From contig OX597832.1 in NCBI GenBank assembly GCA_951406725.2, forward strand, positions 19,344,001-19,408,000: 64,000 nucleotides of DNA. The letters are read 5' to 3'. The translations under genes were made by a program, and so were the position numbers. This DNA is from Octopus vulgaris. Taxonomy: Eukaryota. The notes under the pieces were generated by a model. That model was not told where the DNA came from and did no database searches. It saw nothing but the letters and a program-made list of their open reading frames with translations. Shown here one piece after another: positions 30,383 through 43,248 of the stretch; within the stretch, counting starts at the first letter, position 1, and each line of letters begins with the position of its first letter.

Positions 30383-30432
<50 letters not shown>

Positions 30433-30658
30433 TAATAATAATATTAATAAAAATAATAACAACGACAACATCGAAAAATACCTTAGGAATGAGAACCCAG
30501 GTTCGAAATTTCTCCGACACCTGAAGAAGGCTGGACGGTATATCAGCCGAAACGTTGTGTTAACAACAAACAAGATGAGGACAAATATCCATCAAATGTA
30601 AATAATGTAAATAATATAAATAATGTACATAATTCCTCTTCTCTTAAATATAGAACTG
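30055..30658. mobile_element. Head-to-head inverted duplication of a B-box plus hammerhead element
   Basis: Arms 30055-30313 and 30321-30606 are reverse complements (about 85% by eye outside the AAT/AAC tracts). B-box GAGTTCGATTCC at 30328-30339. The right copy continues to ~30658. Confidence 0.8.
30517..30560 (+). ncRNA. Minimal type I hammerhead ribozyme (Penelope-type)
   Basis: ACAC-CUGAAGA-A-GGCUG(10-nt loop)CAGCC-GAAAC-GUU-GUGU. Stems I and II pair fully and stem III is the palindrome AACGUU. Confidence 0.75.
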
Positions 30659-30716
<58 letters not shown>

Positions 30717-33415
30717 CAAGGGTAAGACAGAAAGAACACAACAAAAGACAAATATTAGGAAAACACAAAGGATAAACTATAAATGATTACTTTAAATAAA
30801 TGTATGTGTCTGTGTGCGCGCGTGCTAGTTCGATAATAAATTCATCATAGAATCCATCAGAGACTTTAGAATGTCAGCAATACATTGGTTTGCATTATTT
30901 CTACCCGACATCAACCTCCAACTTTTAAGTGCCGCCCGTGTTACCTTTGTTTTTTGTCTGATATAGTATCCTTTATATCAAGATAAAGGGGTCGATGGTA
31001 CCTAAATCTGAAAATGGCTAAAGCTTTTTCCAAAGTGATATAGATTCATAGGTCTGGTTTCCTGGCTTCTCTAGCGTACAAATACTCCCCATTGAAGGGT
31101 CACTTTTCCATCACTGGATTACTAAATGTTTCCAACTAAGTGGACTGAAGCAACATGAAATGAAGTGTTTTGCTCAAAGTCACACTAAATCAACCGGCCC
31201 AGGATTAGAAACCACAATCTTAGGATCATGAATCCAACATCCTAACCACTATGCTACGCGAGGCAATTATTAATGGTAAATCTTTGACTGCAACGGATGT
31301 AGAGTCGTTTCACTTGTTTGTGAGGTCTTTCGATGTGGATTGGGAATATTTCAGGAAATCTCCTGACCGAGGGAAAAGTGTATGCATCTGTTACAGTCAA
31401 CACTAATATATATGAATTATTATACTGTAATAAATCAAGCGGTTGCTCTGCTTACTTGATCTCAGCAAGAAATAATATATTACTCTGTGTGTGTGTGTGT
31501 TGCGAAGAAAAAAGAAACGGCTGATATCAAGGAAAGTTGAAATATCAACGATGATATTCATCTGGAAGCGAGGGTAGATTGCAGCAGTTACAGTTACTGG
31601 CCTCTAGAGCAGAAAAAAATGAAAGAAGCCAGTCGCGAACATGGCATTCTAGTTAAGAAGCTCGTTTTGCTACCACCTGTGCACACAAACTTGAATGCAT
31701 TTAATAGACGTGAATGAACTTAATAGATAGAAACTCATGGAAGCCTCAGGCGTAGACACAAACATGCACTCGCACGCACTTTCACACACACATATATAAA
31801 TGCTTGGATATACACACAAACACACACTCACACACATGCATACAAATAAATGCTTACATATATTCATACACACATGCACATACACGAATATGCATACGTA
31901 TATTCATTAATCAACACAAGAATGGCAGAGATTTAAAACAGGTTTTCGTTAGCTGGCCTTTTTCTATTGCTGTGGAAGGGAAAACCAGTGACTGTGCTGA
32001 GAAAGGTGACTTAAGAAGAAACAAATCTCCAGAGATTTAGTAAATATTGTTTGGGAAGATGGATAAGGAAATATTCAGGTGAATACAATATGGGCCAATC
32101 CTTCAATTGCTGGTTAGGATTTACAGTTCTGTGAGAGAGTAACATTGTTGTTCTTACACACCTCACATTTATTTACTTATTTTCTGAATGTCGAACTGTC
32201 GAGCTGTTTCTTCCTCAACCTCTTACTCTGCGATCTAGATCGTTACAACGATTTTGTTCTATTCATAGAGGTGAGATAATTTACCTTTATCACATTTGGC
32301 TATACGATATTCACGATGGGTTTCGGTTGTGTCATTTGGCTGACACCAAGACTTTAGTGACAAGGAGATATCCGCTTTCTCTATCAGACAGTCATTAAGA
32401 GCAAATCTATATGTCTGATGTGCAATCCGGAAGCAGCCGATCGAACAGTAGATCTCCTATTCAACGAAACTTTTATAAGATGTATTTCAGACTTGTACAT
32501 GTCACTGGCTAAACAAGTGAGCTAATCTGAGACCGTGTGTTGAAACAAAAGCAATTTCAACATTGAAGGTTCATTTTAACCATTCGAAAACACAAAGAAA
32601 CTGTTAACTACATACAACACTCAATTATTTGGCGTTAATATTTTCACCACACTTTCTCTGACTTGCTCAGTGATATATATTTCCTTTGGGATATAATAGA
32701 ATTGTGTCTGTGACCAAATCGCGGACAGAATTTTGACATGGACTAAAAGTGACTAATTTGAGGTAAGAATGTCTGTGTTTTCTAATGGATAAAATGAGAT
32801 TTTCACATTGTAACTGCTATATAAGCTATACTTTCTGTTGCATATTGTGCACTTTGCATTTCGCTAATTGATTTAGGTGTGTCTGGAGCCACGAACGGAA
32901 CATGGTCGACATCTAGTCCTACCTGAGCCAGCGGAGCATCGAGCCTGTGAGAGAAAGTAGGAGAGAGAGATGCACTAACAGATGGCTTCTACTAATATTT
33001 GGGTTGACTGAAGCTAGTTGAAATGGAATATCTTGATACTGGTCGGGTAATCGAACTCCCAACACAACGATATAGAGACAAATACCCTCACCGTCAGGCC
33101 ACACACCTGTATGTAACTATGAGTCCGTACGTGTGCGCTCTCAGATGTATGTGTGTCTGCGTGCGACGACTTTTTTGGTGGGTTGAGTGAACACAAGGGA
33201 TTGGTTACATATTTAATTCTGTATATATGTTTATGCGTGCTCGTGTGTGTCTGTCTGTAGCTCTCTCTCCCCCTCTCTCTCTCTATCTCTCTCTCTCTAT
33301 ATATATATACACAATCTGTGACTCAGTGTTTCGCATTTCCATTCGTCGGGTAGTTATGATCAAGAATGGAAGAAAAATTTTGCTTGCTCCTATATATGTG
33401 TGTGTGTGTGTGTAC

Positions 33416-33600
33416 ATTCTTTAACTTGTTTCAGTCTTTTGATAGCGGTCATGATGGTTTTAATCAAGAAAATCGGCCCCCAGGACTTATCTCTTACGCC
33501 TAGTAATTATTCCATTGGTTTCTTCCACATAACGGATAAATTACGGGGATGTAAACACACCAGCACTGGTTGTCAAACAATGATGGAACACACGCACACA
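33416..33600 (-). mobile_element. SINE family 1, 3' half
   Basis: Tail plus GTAAACACACCAGCACTGGTTGTCAA block. Confidence 0.7.
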
Positions 33601-33769
33601 CATTATATATATAATGTATGTATGTATATATATAATCTATATATGTGGAGGTGCAATGGCTCAGTAGTTAAGGGTGCACGTTAATCGGATAAACTGCCAC
33701 GTAATCTATATATAAACACTATATATATAATATTGTTTTTGTTATTATTATTATCATTATAGTTTTTTA

Positions 33770-34032
33770 CGTATTTTTATATTCTTATTCGTGTAACATC
33801 GTCCGGTTTTCCGTGCTTGTTTTGTATACTTTCGAGGCTTTCTTCCAAGGAATCTAATGCGCTTGGCTTAGATTTTCCTTTGGGGCTGGCCAGAACGGAG
33901 CAATCTCAAGATTAATCAGCCGAAATTGCGAGGATGATCCGGTTCTTAACTGAAGATTGAAGGCTTCGAATGTCCCGTCCGTGTTTTTTGTATCGTCTTC
34001 TAAATGTTTTGCGTTCTTGTCCCAGTTTGTAT

Positions 34033-34040
<8 letters not shown>
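33770..34040 (+). repeat. Unclassified interspersed repeat, longest of three copies (also 19107-19230 and 23726-23870)
   Basis: Shared GGATGATCCGGTTCTTGACTGAAGATTGAAGGCTTCGAATGTCCCGT...GTTCTTGTCCCAGTTTGT. Confidence 0.9.
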
Positions 34041-34123
<83 letters not shown>

Positions 34124-34768
34124 TGTGTGATAAAAGCGTGAATGACTTGCACTGTGTGAGTCTAGGTATGTTTGTATACGGATATCACTATATACTATAA
34201 AATGAACTCACATGTAGCAGGCGTTGTTGTTATTGTTGTTGCTATTACTTACGAAGAAGAGGTTAAATAATTAATAGGTGTAGTGACCTTCATCAAAGGG
34301 TATAAAAGGATGCTATCTCCTCTCCCTGCTTCCCCGAACTTCATTTCCATGATAAACCAGCTACTATCCTCGTTGTCTCCATTCATGACGACAATTATGT
34401 TGGGAGCAAGCAAATGGACCGTCTCCCATTGGGAAACGAAACTGGGTCGTCCAATTTGTTTACACAAAACCAACAAAATATACCACTGAACCATTGTGCA
34501 TGGACGTGGGGTGCCAAGGACTAAAATAAAAGGAAAACATATATACGGAAATATTTCACATATATGTTATGGATGGAGGTAGGGAGTGAAATATAAAATT
34601 AGGTTCATTGGGAATATACTTGCAATTATTAGGGAAAATTTCCCGCTAGGAGTGCTTTATGTTTAAAAGATAAAACCAAGGGGAAAAATCTTCATTAAAC
34701 TTGCAAGTTTGAGCTTTTACAAAAAATATAGAAGATGCAAAAATGATAAACACATGGCAAGATTATTT

Positions 34769-34802
<34 letters not shown>

Positions 34803-34847
34803 GAGGAGAACAACACTATATAGCAGTTGTAGTGACAGAAATTTAAG

Positions 34848-34895
<48 letters not shown>

Positions 34896-34898
34896 GAA

Positions 34899-34936
<38 letters not shown>

Positions 34937-35135
34937 GTGTGTGTGTGTGTGTGTGTTTAATATTCTTTGTATATCGACCTAACTTGCTTATCCTTATGTT
35001 TACTCCTCGACCTGCTCAAGTTTCAGCCTCTTGAGCTCTACTGAGTGTACTCCATTGGGAGAATATCTGATTCCCATCTATGAATCATATATGCCTATAT
35101 ATACATACACATACATATACATACATACACACACG

Positions 35136-35176
<41 letters not shown>

Positions 35177-36044
35177 TTGTGTGCCTGTATGTACATATGT
35201 GAGTGTATGTATGTATGTATATATGTGTGTATATATGTATATATATATATATATGTAAGTGTGTGTGTGTATATATATATATATGCATGTATATATATAT
35301 ATGTATATATGTATATATGTCAGTATGTATATATATGTATATATATGTATGTGTATAGATATATATGTATATATGTATATGTGTGTATGTATGTGTATAT
35401 ATATATATATATGTATGTGTATGTACGTATATGTATGTGTGTGTATGTACGTATATGTATGTGAGTATGTATGTATATGTATGTATGTATGTATGTATGT
35501 ATGGGTATATATATATATATGGTATATATATGTTTATGCTTGTGCCTATATATCATAAAAATGTCAGTGTTGTTAGAGAGAGAAAGAGATTGAGTGTAAG
35601 AATGTGTACTTGTGTGTATAGACAGATAGATATATACATACATACATACATACATACGTAAATACATACATAGGCTTATATATGTATATATATATATATA
35701 TGTATATATCCATATCAACACACTGCATTTCTATCATGATATGGAGCGTGTGATTTCAGGTACGATCGGTATTTTATAGCATATCACAGTGTGTCTGTGT
35801 GTGCGCCATTTAAAAGCATTTACGTTAGCGAGATCCTGCAACAGTGCATATTGAGAAAAACATAAAACGGTTATAAAACTCAGAAGCAATAAATATCCAA
35901 TGGGATTACTTAGCTGTGTTTATGTGAAAGTATGTATTTATATATAAATACATACATACATATGTATGTGTGTATGTATGTGTGTACGTATACTTTATTT
36001 CATCGTGTGCGTTCGAGTGAAGCATATGTATCTGTGTCAGTATG

Positions 36045-36093
<49 letters not shown>

Positions 36094-36685
36094 GTATGTA
36101 TGTATATATGTGGTGATTGCCGCTTCTTGACAAAAGATGGCCATCTCCTTTTAAATATTTATGGTTGTAAAGTTTGCACAAGCATACTTGCGCAAATGGC
36201 TCATGAGTCCATCGTTTGATTTGCATACTTTTCTGAAAATGTGGCAACCTTGTCATGGGTCTTCTAATAGATCTGCAGAGGCATGTGAGTGTGTTCCTAT
36301 GCGCCTTTTTTCAGAACACAAACTCAGTGGGCCTACATACCTTGTTACTGATTAAGCACAGGTGTGACTTAGCTCTTGACAAATGTATGTTCCTATAGGA
36401 ATCTTAGAATTTTGATCCTGTCCTGTAAACGTTCTTGACAAACTAATCCATCTATTGACTAAAAATGACGGTTCAAGGGAACACAAGATAACATACAGGG
36501 ATCCTCCCTCAAAAATCATAAGATACTTGCCGTCATTTGACCGTGGCCATGCTGGAGGAATATAAAAGAATTTTTCTATTCCTAAGCGTTATACTAATAC
36601 ATCTGTTTGTTATGTACACCACATGTCTTCATCTTTTGTTTTTTTCATAAACTCTCCCTATATATATATATATATATATATATAT

Positions 36686-37018
36686 CCCAACATCACCATC
36701 AAAATACAGGACCAGATACTGCAACGGCTTGGGTTTCAGGGGACCACAGCTCTTCAACATCCTTCCTAAATGCCTGAGAGACCTGCATGGTGTGGATGTG
36801 GGTTTCTTTAAAACTAAACTGGACCTCTTCTTGTCAGGGGTTCCAGATGAACCTACCTCTCGGCAGGAAACACAGATGCGGGCAGCGGCGTCGAACTCCC
36901 TTGTTGATCAAGTGCCACGTATCAGAGGTGGTTTCACATACCAGTGTAGCTCATTCAACGGTGGTGCCCCAGCATTGCTGCAGCTTTCGGATTGAAACAT
37001 TTTTAAGGATTTAAGGAT
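36686..37018 (+). mobile_element. CR1/L2-group LINE 3' end (ORF2 C-terminus plus tail)
   Basis: GFRGPQLFNILPKCLRDLHGVDVGFFKTKLDLFLSGVPDEP...AASNSLVDQ, followed by a short tail ending in (TTAAGGAT)2. Confidence 0.85.
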
Positions 37019-37041
37019 GCACACACACACATACACCTCTT

Positions 37042-37092
<51 letters not shown>

Positions 37093-37514
37093 CGACAAGG
37101 ATATTGAGAGATAATTAATAGATTATTATTTATTAATTAATAAAATTTTAAATTATTTGAAAGTTGAATTTGCAGACGTATACTCAACATCAAGGAATTG
37201 AACACCTATTTTGCATATATTAAACTACCCCTGACGAGATTTCAAATTAAATTTAAATTCTATTTATTAATTTTCAGAAGGACTAGAATTGAAACAGCTC
37301 GAAGAGATGTTTGTCAATATTTTAATTAAGAAACAATAATTTATGAATTATATCTATTTTCTGATCGTATTTTAATAAATATATGTAAACTATGGCTCAT
37401 ATAGTTGCCTTATAGTTGAATATTAACTGTAATTTTCCACATTCTTTGTATAAGTAACTAACCGGTATTTTCATAGGATTTTGCTAGCCCTTGATGAGGT
37501 TTGAAACCTTTTTT

Positions 37515-37730
37515 AACATATTTGTATGTGTGTATGCTTATTTGTGTCTGCGTTTGTCCCCCGTCACCGTTTGATAACTAGTGTTTGTGTGTTTATGTCT
37601 CCATAACATACTGGTTCGCCAAAAGAGACCAATAAAATAAGCACTAGGCTTAAGAAATAAATCCTGGGGGCTGGGCGGTCGAAGCATGACCTCAGTCAAA
37701 TTTCTGAAAGAAGTCAAATAATAAAAGAAT
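37515..37730 (+). mobile_element. SINE family 1, 3' half
   Basis: TTTGTCCCCC...AAAAGAGACC..AAATAAGCACTAGGCTT blocks. Confidence 0.7.
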
Positions 37731-38314
37731 ATGTGTATGCGAGTTTGTGTGTGTGTGTGTGTGTTTGTGTGTGTGTGAGTGTGTGTGTATCTGCGGTTGT
37801 GTCAAAGCGTACAAGTCTTAAAATATATAAGTACAGGAGTGGATCAGTTCCATTAAAATTCTTCGCGGCTGTGCCCCAGCTTGGCCACATTCTAAGGACT
37901 AAAAAAAATGAATCACAGCGTACTCTCTGAACAAATATGAGTGTCACGTGGTGCACATCGTCTTAAGTACGAGTATGTGGACCACGTGGTGAACGTTGTC
38001 ATAGGTGTACCTTCTTTGAATATGAAACACAATCGTTACAACTAGAAGGCCTCTCGCCGAAGGTGTACTCGGTCGTAGGTGACCCGAGGCTTAATTAGAA
38101 CAACAACAACTGATAGGTTTTTTTTTATAGAAGTTTCAAAGCTAGCGTTGACCTCACCTAAATTTGAACTCTCTACGATGAATTACTTCTAGCAAGTTGC
38201 TGCTATTGTTGCTTTAGCCTCGTGTCAACTCTGATCAAAGGCATGTCAGCAGCGTCCCTGACCATCCCATTTAGCACTTATTATTATTATTATTATTGTT
38301 GTTGTTGTTATTGA

Positions 38315-38618
38315 TATTTGCCACAAGGGCAGCATGAGGGATAGTATTAAGTCGACAACATCTACCTCAGTGCGTAACTGGTACTTATTTAATCGATCCC
38401 CATAGTATGAAATGCAAAGTCAATCCTGCCGTGGGGGAATTTGCCATTCATCCTTTCGGAGTTAATAAAATAGGTACCAGTGAAACACTGGGGTTAATGT
38501 AATCGACATAATCTCCTCCCCCAAGCTGCCCTTGTGACAAATATTTGAAATATTAATTATTATTATTCCTTCGTAACACAGTGTAGGTAAAAAATGCATT
38601 GACTCACAACAAGGACGA

Positions 38619-38650
<32 letters not shown>

Positions 38651-38891
38651 TCTGATTGTTTCGACGCACAACTAATTCAAACACACAACTCAATAAAATG
38701 GTTTCTAATTTTGCCACAAGGACAGCAATTTTGGGAGCGGGGATGAGTCGATTACATGGACACCAGTGTTCAACTGGTACTCATTTAATCGACCGGGAAA
38801 GGATGAAAAGCAAAGTCGACGTTGGCGAAATTTGAACTCAGAACGTAAAAACTGACGAAATGCTGCTAACGATTCTGCCAACTCACCGCCT
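38315..38891. mobile_element. Cluster of SINE family 2 copies: ~38315-38440 (-), ~38441-38550 (+), ~38701-38891 (-)
   Basis: Shared ACTGGTACT..TTTAATCGA..GGATGAAA.GCAAAGTCGAC blocks. Confidence 0.8.
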
Positions 38892-38899
38892 TACAACTT

Positions 38900-38937
<38 letters not shown>

Positions 38938-39080
38938 TAATAATGATAATAATAATATTAATAATGATAATAATGATAATAATAATAATATTAATAATGA
39001 TAATAATGATAATAATAATAATAATGATAATAATGAAAATAATAATAATGATAATAATGATGATGATGATGATAATAATC
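38900..39080. repeat. (AAT/GAT)n microsatellite
   Basis: Visible tandem repeat. Confidence 0.97.
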
Positions 39081-39189
39081 ATTGCTACGATAGGCACAAG
39101 GCCTGGAATTTGCATTAAAGTAGATATGGCACTAACGAGTCCTAGATCACCAGCAAAGTCAAGGAGTATGTGTTACCCTGTTCCCATTT

Positions 39190-39630
39190 GAAGGACTTCC
39201 ACATGATAGAATTTACTACAAACAAAAATCGAAGATAGCGGAGGGGGCCAGTACACGTCCCATGTACCTCTGCGACGATCTCGAATCTCCCTATGTTTGG
39301 ATTTTCGGATCTTTAAAGCAGCAACGTGACGTCTGAAAAAGTGTTGTCATATGGTGTTGACATAGGGTACTCTATATAGCAGGACTACCTTCCATTGTTG
39401 TTCTTTGAACTCAACGCAGATACAAACGATTCCATGAGGTTGCGTAACGTGAGTATCTGCTCATTGTAAAACATTCTTCAACCGTGTTCCTCTTGCTTCA
39501 CTCGTAAAAGCTATTCAGGCCTGTAAAGACATCACAGCAAAACACTCTGCGTAGGTCACACAACAGAGCTCTTTCTCATTAATTATGACAGTCACTTACA
39601 GCTCCTTTCTTTTGGCAAAGCTACTATCAT
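39190..39630 (-). mobile_element. Highly decayed RTE-type LINE reverse transcriptase fragment
   Basis: Minus-strand remnants across frameshifts: IVALPK/KGAVSDCHN, LLR..Q, NEQILTLRNLME, YDNT, GRFEIVAEV..VLAP. Confidence 0.65.
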
Positions 39631-39751
39631 AGGGCACCTTAAGACTCATTGATATACTTTTCGTCAAATTCCAAGTCGCAAAGATACCATAATAGATCTC
39701 TGCTGATTTCTCCTATCTTGTCGAACCTGCTTCATATATTTTTATCTTTCA

Positions 39752-40145
39752 TTTTTTACTTGTTTCAATCATTGTCCATGCTGGGACACCGACTTCAACG
39801 ATTTTTAGTCGAATGAATCGATCCCAGTAATTATATTTTGTTAAACCTGGTAATTTTTCTCTAAAGTACAGGATCATAAACACACCAACACCGGTCGTCA
39901 ATCGATGTTGGGGACAAACAGACACAACGACACACATATATACATACACAAACACACACACACACAAATATATTCATATATACGACAGGCTTCTTTTAGT
40001 TTCCGTCTAGAAATTCACTCACAAGGCTTTGGTCGGACCGAGGCTATAGTAGAAGACACTGGCCCAAGGTGCCACGCAGTGGGACTGAACTCGAATACAT
40101 GTGGTTGGGAATCATTCTTCTTACCACACAGCCACTCTGCTTGCG
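39752..40145 (-). mobile_element. SINE family 1, diverged
   Basis: Same head, core and tail blocks as the other copies. Confidence 0.85.
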
Positions 40146-40158
40146 TGTGTGTATTATG

Positions 40159-40900
40159 CATACATACATACATACACACATACATACATAGACACATACA
40201 TAGACACATACATACATACATAGACACACATACATACATAGACACACATACACACATACATACATACATACATACACACATACATACACTCACTCATATA
40301 CACACATACATACATACATACATACATACATACATACATACATACATACATACATACATACATACATACATACATACATACATACATACATACATACATA
40401 CACTCATACATACATACATACATACATACATACATACATACACACATACATACACTCACTCATATACACACATACATACATACATACATACATACATACA
40501 TTCATACACACATACATACATACATATACATACATACATACATACATACATACATACATACACACATACATACATACATACATACACATATACATACACT
40601 CACTCATACACACATACATACATACACACATACATACACTCACTCATATACACACATACATACATACATACATACATACATACATTCATACACACATACA
40701 TACATACATACATACACACATACATACATACATACATACATACATACATACATACACACATACATACATACATACATACATACATACATACATACATACA
40801 TACACACATACATACACTCACTCATACACACATACATACATACGTACATACATACATACGTACATACATACATACAATACATACACACAATACATACATA
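40159..40900. repeat. Compound (CATA)n array with recurrent CACTCACT interruptions
   Basis: Visible tandem repeat with higher-order periodicity. Confidence 0.97.
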
Positions 40901-41711
40901 TAAATATACACGGAGAAGAATGCAGGTACGTACGTACGTGTGTATTTTGATGATTATGCTGTAAGGATTTGTATTTATATATAAGTATATTAGTAAGTGT
41001 TTGTATGTAAGACATTATAAAAAAGCGCAGACATTCATCACCAGTGGTTCTACCAAACAACACTACAAATAGGAAAGAACAAATTCATTGTTAATAAAAA
41101 AGCATGAGATAACCTTCCATTTCTTAGTACCAACAAAAGCTTACATCCCTTTGTCAACTGCTTTTCATTCAATATTCGTTTCACTTCACGTTACTAAACA
41201 CAATCGTACACACGCATGCACACATACACACTCACTTACATACAGATAAGCACAAAAAATGTCTATGTATGTATATATGTATGTATATATATGTGTGTGT
41301 GTGTATAAGCAGACGTGAATACTTGTTTCTTCATCTGGAACTCGTATATACTTCTTAGTATTTGATGTTTTATAAGATTCACCAGCTGACCACGTGTCGT
41401 CAATAATGACGGCTAAATTGTAGTATTTTATATATAAATAAGGTACAAAATAAGGCTCATAATAATCACACATACAAACATTTACATACTTCCCTTGTAC
41501 ACGCACACACATACACACATATACTCACACAGAGTTGAAACGTTGATTTTTTTCACTCCTTCCTTTTTTATTCATCCATCACCCCTTCCTTTCTTTCATT
41601 GCTATTACTTTCGGCCATTTCCTCTCAGTTAGGGCTATCACTCTCACTACTTTTCCTTCACTGAACTACTATTTTCTCTCTTCCTCCGCGTCCGGTGTGA
41701 TTCTAGACAGA

Positions 41712-41835
<124 letters not shown>

Positions 41836-42743
41836 TTAAGAACTCATCATTATATTAGGAAACTCAATGATTTGGACGTTAGACTTTCATCCAAATGAAA
41901 AGGAAAGGAGGGCAGCAAAAAAGATAAGGGGCCAGATATGAATAAGGTTCTATGGAAGAAGGGAGGAAGAAGAAGATTGATGCTGTGCATGTGTGGGAAT
42001 GTATCCTTGTATACATGTGGGCATAGGAGACGTGAATGTGTTGTGGTATTGAATGATAAATCTACTCCTAATTATTAGGGTTGTTTTACTTATAAAGATA
42101 GCAGTCAATATGTAAACATCGTACAGGGCTTTTGTACAAATGAAAAACAACTTAGAAATTTTACTTACAGCTATATTCTCGAGACAATCGTCTCTTCCCT
42201 AAACAATGTGAACTCGTATTTTCTGATGAAATGGAGAACTAAAAAATCCCAATCACAAAATATGAGTAGTTTTTTTTCAGAATATTACTAATATTAAGAC
42301 GGGGTACTGGCAGAATCAAGTAACCCATCCCGATCAAAAGGTCCCTGAATAAGAGTTGTTTAAGGAGGATGAACAAAACACCCATGTTTCCAGAGGTGTA
42401 TTCAAATCCCAAAGAATTCCTCTCAACACATGGTTATGATGCTCCTCCACTACTTCTGCTCATGATCAGAGATGCACATATCGTCAGCCACTAAGGGACA
42501 TGATCGACTGGTTAAGATCAAACAACAGACAAGCAAATCTGTGGTATTGAGCAGAATATTTGCTGTAGCCCATCTTTTGCACCAAGACAAAATAATTTAC
42601 ATGATAACACCACTTCCAATCAGTTAAGATCAGCAACCATGAGAGCCACTGCCTGGTACTGCATCAATGCCTAAGTATGTATGCGTGTATGTATGGACGT
42701 ATGTATGTATGTATATATGTATTATGTATGTATGTAAGAATAT

Positions 42744-42913
42744 AAAGTTAATCCAAACATGAAACCACCAAGAGAAAACAAAACAACGCGAGGACGTGGA
42801 ACAAATATAGTATTATTGGACGCCCAGGAAGGAAGGGAAGAAGGAGAGTTTTACGTTTCGAGCGGAGCTCTTCGTCAGAAACATAGGAAAAGGAAAGATT
42901 CAGAGAAGGGAAG
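42744..42913 (-). mobile_element. Putative Penelope-like pseudo-LTR fragment carrying the hammerhead
   Basis: Complex-sequence island between microsatellites that contains a minimal hammerhead. The family call is inferred from the ribozyme type only. Confidence 0.5.
42848..42882 (-). ncRNA. Minimal type I hammerhead ribozyme (Penelope-type)
   Basis: Minus strand reads GUUU-CUGACGA-A-GAGC(UCC)GCUC-GAAAC-GUA-AAAC. Core intact, stems I and II pair. Confidence 0.75.
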
Positions 42914-43215
42914 CATGTAAGAATATATGTGTGTGTGTGTATGTATTTATCTATCTATGTATATTTGTGTATAGATATGCGTATGCACACACTCACACAC
43001 AGACACACCCACATATATATATATATATACAAACACACGTAGACGTCCGTGTGTGTGTGTGTGTGTGTCAAACCCCCCTCTATTTCCCTGAGATACAAAT
43101 GATATAGTAACAGTTGAAATAATTTTTGCATCATTTCTTTTTCCCTACTTATCAATCTATGTGTCTATCTATCAACCTATCAGCATTTCTCTCTCCCTCT
43201 CTCTATATCTATGTG

Positions 43216-43248
<33 letters not shown>

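Noticed and set aside
33915-33980. CTGAAGA and GAAA motifs in the three-copy repeat as a hammerhead
   Set aside because: Could not form stems I-III with correct core spacing in any topology.
42300-42670. Complex-sequence block that looks like an interspersed repeat
   Set aside because: Single copy in this window with no diagnostic ORF or termini; needs a database search.
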